A DNA stretch of 64,000 nucleotides, taken from NCBI GenBank assembly GCA_963667035.1, contig OY762964.1, positions 3,038,114 to 3,102,113 on the forward strand, in the 5' to 3' direction. Numbering within the stretch: the stretch's first letter is position 1; every line of letters starts with the position of its first letter. A program made the position numbers and the translations under genes. The notes under the pieces are model-generated. The model did not search any database. It saw only the letters and a program-made list of their open reading frames with translations, and was not told the origin of the DNA. Positions 34,697-44,000 of the stretch are shown piece after piece. The DNA comes from Candidatus Cloacimonadales bacterium (GTDB taxonomy: Bacteria > Cloacimonadota > Cloacimonadia > Cloacimonadales > JAFGVF01).

Positions 34697-35263
34697 ATGA
34701 AAGTAGATGATAAACATACTAAGGACAGAATTCTGAAGATTGCGAAAGCGATGATGTTAGAGTATGGATTGAAAGGCGTTAATATGAATAAGTTAGCCAA
34801 AGAGAGCGGAGTAGCAAAGGCTACTTTGTATAAGATTATCGGATCTAAAGAAGAATTAATAACAACAATTACGGTAGATTTCTTTGCAGAAACTTTCGGA
34901 CAATTATTTGAATCAATCCTATGTAAAAACAGCTTTAGCAGTATAACAAATTCAGATATTGAAGAGATTGCATCACTAGCTATAGGCAAAATGCGTGTAA
35001 TACACCGTCAAGTCTTCCTCGAATATCCACTCATTGAAAAGCAAGTTAGCGAAAATATGGATAACTATGCAATTAGAATAGAAGAGAAATTCCGTAATCT
35101 TCAGGATGCGGGAGAAGTCACAAAGGCGATTATACCAAAGAATGTTTTCCGTTTTTATAGAATGTTGTTCATGCAACTGGTGATAAGTCCTAACACGGAT
35201 TCAGAAGTTAAACAGCAAATGAATGAAATGTATCTCATTTTCTTGCGAGGATTAAAAGCTTAA
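34697..35263 (+). CDS. TetR/AcrR family regulator
   Basis: N-terminal HTH LAKESGVAKATLYK...SKEEL. Confidence 0.9.
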   Translation: MKVDDKHTKDRILKIAKAMMLEYGLKGVNMNKLAKESGVAKATLYKIIGSKEELITTITVDFFAETFGQLFESILCKNSFSSITNSDIEEIASLAIGKMRVIHRQVFLEYPLIEKQVSENMDNYAIRIEEKFRNLQDAGEVTKAIIPKNVFRFYRMLFMQLVISPNTDSEVKQQMNEMYLIFLRGLKA

Positions 35264-35313
35264 TTATAATAAATAGACTTCCTGAGGGAAAATGTCAATT
35301 TAAAGGAGAAGTT

Positions 35314-36372
35314 ATGAAGCTGAGAATAATTACTTTATTACTACTAACCATGTTTGTATTCGGCTGTAAAAAAGAAGCTGTTGATGTTGAGATTGTACGT
35401 CCCGTAAAAGTCGGGAAAGTAGTTGCAACGAGCAATAAGATAATAAATAACTTCCCCGGAGTAATAGTTTCCGATAAGGATGTAAAGCTAGCTTTTAGGG
35501 TTGCAGGCACAATAGAGAATTTAAATTTTAGAGAAGGTAGATATGTTGAAGAAGGAGAAGTGATTGCTTCTCTTGATTCCCGCGATTATGTTTTGCAAGT
35601 ATCTGCTACCAAAGCAAAATATGAAGAGGTTCAGGCAGAAGTCTCCAGAATAGAAGAATTATATAATCGAAACAGTGTTTCTCAATCAGACTACGATAAA
35701 GCAATTGCAGGTAAAGCTTTGGCATTAGCTAAATATCAGTCTGCTATGAATCAACTGGATGATACAAATCTAATTGCCCCGTTCTCGGGATATATTCAGA
35801 ATATTTATTTCGATAGTCATGAAACAATAGCACAAGGTATTCCTGTAATCTCACTTGTCGATGTAAATGACTTGAAAGTTGAAACGGATATACCTTCAAA
35901 AATGTATCTAGAAGCAGATAAATTCTCTTCCTTTACTTGTCATCTTGAAGACAATCCAAATATAGATTTTAAGCTCAGTTTAGATTCAATAAGAAAGAAA
36001 TCAAATATGAATGAACTGTATAAAGTTATTTTCACTCTTAACAATAAAACAAGTCTTAGTCTGGCGTCAGGTATGCTAGTTGATGTAACCATTGAAATAG
36101 ATAACGGTGAAGAACGAAACTTAATAGTACCGGTAAATGCAGTTTTTCATAGGGATGGGAAAAGCTATGTCTGGATGTTCTCCAATGATAATACAGTGAC
36201 TAAACGAGAGGTAATTCCGGGAGATATAGTTAATAATGGGAAAATAATTATTAAGGGTAGTATAAGCGAAGGGGATAGTATTGTTACTGCCGGTGTTCAT
36301 ACTCTTGAAGAAGGTCAAAAGGTTAAAACAATGACTACTTCCTCCGAAGACAATGTTGGAGACCTTCTATGA
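35314..36372 (+). CDS. RND efflux membrane fusion protein (lipoprotein)
   Basis: Lipobox VFGC, LAFRVAG, alpha-hairpin, APFSG, VPVNAV. Confidence 0.92.
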   Translation: MKLRIITLLLLTMFVFGCKKEAVDVEIVRPVKVGKVVATSNKIINNFPGVIVSDKDVKLAFRVAGTIENLNFREGRYVEEGEVIASLDSRDYVLQVSATKAKYEEVQAEVSRIEELYNRNSVSQSDYDKAIAGKALALAKYQSAMNQLDDTNLIAPFSGYIQNIYFDSHETIAQGIPVISLVDVNDLKVETDIPSKMYLEADKFSSFTCHLEDNPNIDFKLSLDSIRKKSNMNELYKVIFTLNNKTSLSLASGMLVDVTIEIDNGEERNLIVPVNAVFHRDGKSYVWMFSNDNTVTKREVIPGDIVNNGKIIIKGSISEGDSIVTAGVHTLEEGQKVKTMTTSSEDNVGDLL

Positions 36373-39300
36373 AGTTAACGGAAGTAGCTTTTAACAATAA
36401 GGCATTACTGTATTTCTTACTAGTAGCAATAGTTGTAAGTGGGATCTGGTCGTTTTCCAAGATGAGTAAGCTGGAAGACCCTGAGATAAAAGTTAAGCAG
36501 GCAATGGTGATAACTACATATCCGGGAGCTTCTGCACATGAAGTGGAACTGGAAGTAACCGATGTTCTTGAACAAGAGATTGAAGCAATGGGTGATATTG
36601 AAGAAATCACTTCCCGTTCTCTTGCAAACTATTCGGAACTAACAATTCGTTTGAATCCTGCAACTCCTAACGGAACTGTGGAACAAAAATGGGACTCGTT
36701 AAGAAGAAAAGTGAATGATGCTAAATCCAAACTGCCGGCAGAGGCTTTCGAACCAATGGTGCTTGATGACTTCGGTGATGTATATGGCATGTTCTATGCT
36801 CTTACTGCTGACGGATATTCATACGAAGAATTAAACAAATATGCAAAGCTGATTAAGAATGAGATTCTTGCTATAGAAGATGTAAGAAAAGTCGAGATAT
36901 ACGGGAATAGACAATCAGCTATAAACATATATATATCAGAGAATAAAATGGCCAAGCTGGGTGTTCATCCCGCTGAAATTCTATTAACATTAAACAGTCA
37001 GAATAAGAAAGTATACCCCGGTAACTTCTCGGTGCTGCCTGAAAAGATAAGAATTGCCGTGAATGACCAGTTTAAGACGGTTGAGGATATTGAGAACTTA
37101 ATAATACAGGGACATGAACAGGACCAGTTAAAACTCAAGGATATTACCAATATCAAGAAAGAACTGATAGCACCTTATGGTCGAATAATGAGGAGAAACG
37201 GTAAGACTGCTTTGGGAATATCAATTTCAATGGAGTCAGGCGGAAACATTATTAAGCTTGGTGAGAAAGTTGAAGCATGTTTACATGACCTTCAGAATAG
37301 AATCCCGGCAGGTATAGAGTTGGAGAAAGTGTTTTTCCAACCTGAGAAAGTGAAAGTATCCATCAATCAATTCCTGATAAACCTTATTGAATCTGTCTTG
37401 ATTGTGATTGTTGTTCTTATGTTTACTATGGGATTAAGGAGTGGTATACTTATAGGAAGTGGTTTAATACTATCTATCTTAGCAAGTTTCCCTATTCTTT
37501 TGATGTCGGGAGGTACTCTTCAACGTGTATCGCTTGCTTCATTTATCATTGCAATGGGTATGCTGGTGGATAATTCAATTGTTGTGGTTGATGGAATTCT
37601 AATAGATTTGCAACAAAAGAAAGAACGAAAACAGGCTATGGTTAACACCCCAAATAAAACAGCTATACCTTTATTGGGAGCAACTTTAATGGCAATCTTT
37701 GCTTTCTTGCCAGTGTTCCTATCACCCGATACTGCCGGAACCTATACAAGAGACTTGTTTATCGTGTTAGCTGTATCACTGATATTCAGCTGGATTCTTT
37801 CCATAACACAGATACCCGTGTTCTCTGAGAAATTCCTTAAACTTAAAACTAACCACGCTGAAGAGCAACCTTATAACAAACCTATTCATCATTTCTTTAG
37901 AGGATTGTTGGATTGGGCTTTGCATAACAGGGGATTAAGTCTCTTTGTTGCGGTAGCTCTATTGATATCATCTCTGTTTAGTTTTAAATTACTTAAAAAA
38001 GCATTTTTCCCTGATTTTGTATACAATCAGGTTTACATTGAATACAAGCTACCTGAAGGTATGGCTACCGAACAGGTTGATTCCGATTTAAGAGAAATTG
38101 AGAACTACTTACTGAAAAGAGATGATGTTACTGATGTAACAACTAGTTTGTCAACTACTCCTTCCAGATACAATTTGGTGAGAAGAATAGCCAAATACTC
38201 AGCAAGTTACGGTGAACTAATAGTCGATTTTACTGATTATGATACTCTTCTGAAAGTTAAGCCTGAGATTCAGAATTATCTAAATGCAAACTATCCTAAT
38301 GCAGAGATTAGAATCAATCATTATAACCTGATTGTTCTCACAGATTATTTAGTAGAAGTACAGTTTACCGGACCGGATCCTTCAGTATTAAAGGATTTGT
38401 CAAAACAAGCTCAAGCAATTATGCGTAGTAATCCTAAGACAGGAATCGTTAGGGATAACTGGGAAGAAAAGACTAAGAAGATTGTAGCTGATTACTCACA
38501 ACCATTGGCAAGAAAAGTAGGCGTATCGAGATCCGATATCAGTAACTCTATGTTAGCAGCTACAGAAGGATTGCCTATTGGAGAGTTTTATCAGGGTGAT
38601 GAGTCTCTTCCTATGAAGTTGCGTACAGTGGGCTCGGACGGTTCTCCGATAGCTGATATTAAAGATATACCGATTTGGAGTTTGGGACTTCCACACGTAC
38701 CTATAAAACAAATCTTGCAAGGCGATATTCCCTTTGAAGAGTTAAAGAGTAATCTGATTGGAAGTGTTCCATTATCCCAAGTAACAAAAGGTATTAGAAC
38801 GGAATGGTATGAGCCTGTTATCCAAAGATATAACGGTGAAAGAGCTATTCTTGCTCAATGTGATCCAGCTCCCGGGTATAGAGCCGATGAAATACGTTCA
38901 GAGATTAAAGAAAAAATTGAAGCTATTGAGCTACCTCAAGGTTATAAAATGGAGTGGAAGGGAGAACATTATAATCAGGAACATGCTATGAAATACATAA
39001 AAATGTATCTTCCAATAGCTTTGATTTTAATGATAACCATGCTGATAGCAATGTTCAAAGATTACAGAAAGCCATTGGTGATTATGCTTTGTATTCCCTT
39101 TGCTGCTGTAGGAATGGTTTATGGTATGCTACTTACCGGCAAGTTGTTCGGCTTTGTTTCAATTGTCGGAGCAATAGGACTTATGGGTATGATGATAAAG
39201 AATGGTGTTGTGTTAATTGAAGAAATTGAGTTAGAGATTGAGGAAGGTAAGTTACCATATCAAGCTATTATTGATTCATCAGTAGCAAGAATGCGTCCTG

Positions 39301-39482
39301 TTATGATGGCATCACTAACAACTATACTCGGAATGATTCCATTGTTAAATGATCCGATGTTCGGCTCAATGGCTGTTACAATTATGGGTGGCTTATTGAT
39401 AGGTACTATTATCACACTAGTATTTTTACCCATAATTTATTCGTTGCTATTCAAGGTAAAACCAATTACAGGGAGGAAATAA
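36369..39482 (+). CDS. RND efflux permease (AcrB/AcrD/AcrF family)
   Basis: 1037 aa, YPGAS, GMLVDNSIVV, RMRPVMMASLTT; 12-TM layout. Confidence 0.95.
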   Translation: MKLTEVAFNNKALLYFLLVAIVVSGIWSFSKMSKLEDPEIKVKQAMVITTYPGASAHEVELEVTDVLEQEIEAMGDIEEITSRSLANYSELTIRLNPATPNGTVEQKWDSLRRKVNDAKSKLPAEAFEPMVLDDFGDVYGMFYALTADGYSYEELNKYAKLIKNEILAIEDVRKVEIYGNRQSAINIYISENKMAKLGVHPAEILLTLNSQNKKVYPGNFSVLPEKIRIAVNDQFKTVEDIENLIIQGHEQDQLKLKDITNIKKELIAPYGRIMRRNGKTALGISISMESGGNIIKLGEKVEACLHDLQNRIPAGIELEKVFFQPEKVKVSINQFLINLIESVLIVIVVLMFTMGLRSGILIGSGLILSILASFPILLMSGGTLQRVSLASFIIAMGMLVDNSIVVVDGILIDLQQKKERKQAMVNTPNKTAIPLLGATLMAIFAFLPVFLSPDTAGTYTRDLFIVLAVSLIFSWILSITQIPVFSEKFLKLKTNHAEEQPYNKPIHHFFRGLLDWALHNRGLSLFVAVALLISSLFSFKLLKKAFFPDFVYNQVYIEYKLPEGMATEQVDSDLREIENYLLKRDDVTDVTTSLSTTPSRYNLVRRIAKYSASYGELIVDFTDYDTLLKVKPEIQNYLNANYPNAEIRINHYNLIVLTDYLVEVQFTGPDPSVLKDLSKQAQAIMRSNPKTGIVRDNWEEKTKKIVADYSQPLARKVGVSRSDISNSMLAATEGLPIGEFYQGDESLPMKLRTVGSDGSPIADIKDIPIWSLGLPHVPIKQILQGDIPFEELKSNLIGSVPLSQVTKGIRTEWYEPVIQRYNGERAILAQCDPAPGYRADEIRSEIKEKIEAIELPQGYKMEWKGEHYNQEHAMKYIKMYLPIALILMITMLIAMFKDYRKPLVIMLCIPFAAVGMVYGMLLTGKLFGFVSIVGAIGLMGMMIKNGVVLIEEIELEIEEGKLPYQAIIDSSVARMRPVMMASLTTILGMIPLLNDPMFGSMAVTIMGGLLIGTIITLVFLPIIYSLLFKVKPITGRK

Positions 39483-40894
39483 TGAAAAGGACAGTCTATA
39501 CAATAATTGCTTTATTCTTTGTTATCCCCTCTTTTGCAATAACACTCAATGTTGAGAAATGTAAAGAATTAGCTCTAAGAAACAGTGAAGATATTAAAAT
39601 TGCCGAAGCTAACAAAAAGAGTGCAGAATACAAAAGGAAAGAGTATCGCTCGAATTTCTTTCCTAAGCTTTCATTTGATGTGACCTATATTTATAGAGAT
39701 GCACCGATAGAGCATTCGATTGATGACGGATACCTACCAACTTATTCGTTCAATCCTGAAACAGGTGGATTAACACCTAATCTTTTTATTAATCCTGATA
39801 CAGGTAATCCTGTCATAGGAGCAGATGGTAATCCAATATTTAATCAATATGCCTATTTCCCCGGTTTAGACCTTTCCCTTTCTCTTAGAAATGCTTATAT
39901 GGCATCAGTAAAAGCTACTCAACCTATTTTTGCCGGAGGTAAAATTACTAATGCTTATAAACTATCTAAAATTGGAACAAGGGTAGCAGAGTTAAATTAC
40001 AAAGATAAAAAAGATAATATATTAATTCAAACTGAGTTAGCGTATTGGAGACTAGTCTCATTAAAAGAGAAAGTCAAGTTGGCTAACGATTATGAAAGTC
40101 AGGTTTCCGAGATAGTGAGACAACTCTCAGATGCAGTTGAAGTTGGTCTGATCCAACAAAATGAACTACTTAAAGCACAAGTTAAGTTGAACGAAGTTAA
40201 GCTTAGTAAACAAAAAGCTACTCATGGATTTTTATTAGCTAAATTAGCATTGGAGAATCTCATTGGAACAGAGTTGGAAGATGAACTGATTTTGGATGAC
40301 CAAACAGTGAACATAACAAGTATACCCGAAGTGTCTACTGATATGTATATGAACCGTAGTGATTATAACTTGTTGGAAGCTAACTATAAAGCTCAAGTGA
40401 CTAAAAAAAGAATCGCTTTTGCCGATTATTTACCTGAAATAGGTGTTCAAGGTTCCTACTCGGAATTGAAGTATGAGATTAATTCCAAAGAAAAGAAATC
40501 AGATGAAGCTATGATAATGGCTAACTTTTCACTACCACTTTTCAAATGGGGAGAGACTTATTCGAAGAACAAACAAGCACAAGTTGACATTGAGAAAGCT
40601 AAACTTACTCTTCAAAAAAGTGTAGAACAGATGAAGCTGGAAATAAAGATGAATGAGTTTGCTTTGAAAGATGCAACTTTACGAATTGATATGGCTAACT
40701 CTTCAATAGAACAAGCTACTGAGAACTTGCGGATTGAAAGGGACCGTTACGACCTTAAACAAACTACTCTTTCCGATTTACTGGATGCACAAACACAGTG
40801 GCAGAAAGCAGAAGTAGAAAGAATTGATGCCTTGATTGATTATCAGAACGCTAGATTGCATCTGCTAAAAGCTATTGGTCAACTTAACCAATAG
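39482..40894 (+). CDS. TolC family outer membrane protein
   Basis: Signal peptide, repeated OEP halves (FFPKLS..QPIFAGG; YLPEIG..LPLFKWG). Confidence 0.92.
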   Translation: MKRTVYTIIALFFVIPSFAITLNVEKCKELALRNSEDIKIAEANKKSAEYKRKEYRSNFFPKLSFDVTYIYRDAPIEHSIDDGYLPTYSFNPETGGLTPNLFINPDTGNPVIGADGNPIFNQYAYFPGLDLSLSLRNAYMASVKATQPIFAGGKITNAYKLSKIGTRVAELNYKDKKDNILIQTELAYWRLVSLKEKVKLANDYESQVSEIVRQLSDAVEVGLIQQNELLKAQVKLNEVKLSKQKATHGFLLAKLALENLIGTELEDELILDDQTVNITSIPEVSTDMYMNRSDYNLLEANYKAQVTKKRIAFADYLPEIGVQGSYSELKYEINSKEKKSDEAMIMANFSLPLFKWGETYSKNKQAQVDIEKAKLTLQKSVEQMKLEIKMNEFALKDATLRIDMANSSIEQATENLRIERDRYDLKQTTLSDLLDAQTQWQKAEVERIDALIDYQNARLHLLKAIGQLNQ

Positions 40895-41066
40895 AGAAGC
40901 TTATCGGTGGAAACGGTTAAATATATATAAATTTTGTATTATCTAAGTATCTTAATACTACTTAATTGTATCTCTTATACCTGATTATATTTACTAGTGT
41001 AGCAAAAGCATTAGAAAAAAAGCTTGCCAGTTCTGGTTAAGCTTCTAATTATCAAGCATCAAAAGT

Positions 41067-44000
41067 ATGGGGAAACATAAGATGGACTACAAGCTTTATC
41101 ATCAGATTAATGAAACCGATAGCAATTTTGATTTAGATAGAACAATTCACTCCTATTATGAAGAGAATGCCCAAAATATCCCGGATTATATAGCTCTTGT
41201 CGAGGGTAATGAATCTATTACATATAAAGAATTAAACATCAGAGCTAACAGAATAGCTCACCAGTTAATAGAATCCGGATTAGCTATTGAAGAACCCGTG
41301 GCCGTGTATCTTCCAAGAGGAATAGATTTCACTGCGTGCATGATTGCAGTAATGAAGGCAGGGGGATGTTTTGTTGCTCTTGAGACTACTTTACCACTTG
41401 CTAGAATCAAAACAATTATGGATGATTTGAGTACTCCTTTCATACTTTCAGACCGGAAGAATTTTACCGCAATAGAAACAATTAGTGAAAAATACTTACT
41501 CATCAGTGATGATGAAAAGCAATACTCAGAAGAGAATCCTATTATTGATGTGAAGCCTAACAATCTTGCATATATGATTTTTACTTCAGGTTCGACGGGA
41601 AGACCGAAAGGGGTTCAGATTGAGCACCTTAATCTGGTTAATCTGGAGTTATGGACCGGTAGTCAATTAGACTTACCTAAAGGAGCAAGAGTAACTCAGA
41701 CTGCAAAAGTTAGTTTTGATGCTTCTATGTGGGAGTTTTGGTGTTCTTTAGTAAATGGCTATACGATGTACTTTCTGCCTCATGAAATAGAATTAGACTT
41801 CAATAGACTGCAAGAGTGGTTAAAAGAGAATAGAATAGTATCTTGCTTTTTACCAACTCCGGTTACTGAGATGTTTATTGAGGTTTATAATGGTGGATGT
41901 CCGGAATTGAAGCATATATGTGCAGGTGGAGATAAGTTGCATGTTAAACCTAAACCGGAACTGGGAGTGAAGTTATTTAATCTTTATGGTCCGGCTGAGT
42001 GTGCAGTTATATCCATTGCTTGTAAAGTTGAAGCAGAGGATACTTTACATGTCATACCTCCGGTAGGTGTTCCGATAGCAAATTGTAAGGCTTATATTCT
42101 TGATGAAAACAAGCAGCTTGTACCTCCGGGTGAAGTAGGAGAGATATATATCGGAGGTAAATGCGTAGGAAGAGGTTACTTTGGAAGGGATGATTTAACC
42201 GAACAAGCTTTCTTTAATGGAGAAGACTACGGTTTACCCGTAGGGAGAATCTACAAGACAGGTGATTTAGGAAAGCTTTCTATTGAGGATGGTCAATATG
42301 AGTGTTTAGGACGTGTTGATAATCAAGTAAAGATTAGAGGCTATCGTATTGAATTGGGTGAAATAGAGAGCACACTTGCAAATAGAAAAGATATAAATCA
42401 ATGTGTTGCTATTCTTAAACAAAATCCTTCAAGTGAAAAAGTAATAGTTGCTTACTACTCATCGAAGTCGTCCGAAACATCACAATCCGAGCTAAAAGAA
42501 TATCTTACCGGATTACTTCCTGAATACATGGTACCGGAATACTATGTTAAGATGGAGCAATTCCCACTAACTCATAATCATAAGATTGATAGAAATATTT
42601 TACCGGACCCTGACTGGAAAGTCAGCCGGAAGAGCAATATAGTACGTGAAGCTTTTAAGAATCAAACCGAGGAAAATATTGCTCAAATCTGGAGAGAGGT
42701 CTTAAAGATTGAAGAGCTTGGGAGAAGTGATGACTTCTATGAACTAGGAGGTCATTCTTTAAAAGCCGGTATGATAGTAACAAGGTTACATAATCGTTTC
42801 AATTACACGATTAGTTTAAAGGACTTACTACTTAATACTACAATTGCTAAGTTAAGTGAGTTAGTTAAGAAGAGTGATGTACCTCATGAAGAGCATATCC
42901 TAGAGAAAGTAGATAGAAACGAGAACGGGTTCCCCATTACATACGGACAACAAGGATTATGGCACTATTGGCAACTTGACCCCAAGAGGATTGATTATAA
43001 TATTCCTCTACGTATCGATATTCATGGAGAGTTATCTCGTGATGCTCTAAAACAGACTTTAGAGTTTCTGGTAGGTAGATACGAGTCACTGCATACAAGA
43101 TTCGATAATTTTGAAGATGAAGTCAGACAGTTTGTTAATGACGAATTTGCGATAGATATACCTTTTGATGATTTGAGTAATGAAGCTCTTGAAGAGAAGG
43201 AGTATAAACTCCAGAGAATCATTAAGAGAATCGGAAAGACACGCTTTGATTTGAGGGAAGGGAATCTATATGTATTCCGTTTGGTAAAAACATCAGACAC
43301 AGATAGTGTACTGCTCATGACTATACATCATATTATTACTGACGGTTGGTCTATGGGGATGTTTATGTCTGAGTTTTATAAGACTTATGATGCATATCTA
43401 AACTCGGCAGAACCACAGTTAGAAGAAGTATTATTCCAACCGATAGATTATGCTGTTTGGGAAAGGAGGGGTAATCCCAAAGAGAAATACCCTCAACAAT
43501 TAGATTATTGGCAAAAGTCTCTAACTCCCTTCCCGGAAGACATAGAACTTCCTAAAAAGCAAAACTATGTTATAGATGATAAGCATAAAGGCGTACGAAA
43601 ATGGTGGCATGTCAAAGGTGAAAGGTATAGAAAGCTTAGAGAGTTCTGTAATCGTTTTGAGTGTAGCTCTTTCGTTGCTATGATGACAATACTAGATGTT
43701 GTTTTGTATAAATACACTAAACAAAAAGATATAGTTGTAGGATCTCCTTACGCAAATAGAAACCATACTGATAAAGAGAACATATTTGGATTAACAACTA
43801 ATCTACTGGCTCATAGATTACATATTGATAGTAGTAAAAGCTTCACTACTCATTTAGCAATATTAAATGAGACCTGCACAAGCAACTATTGTAATAGTGA
43901 TTATCCTTTCGATCAACTCATTAAAGATCTTGGTTACCAATCACATGGCAATAAACACCCGTTATTCCAAGTTATGATGGTTTATCAGAATTATCCATTA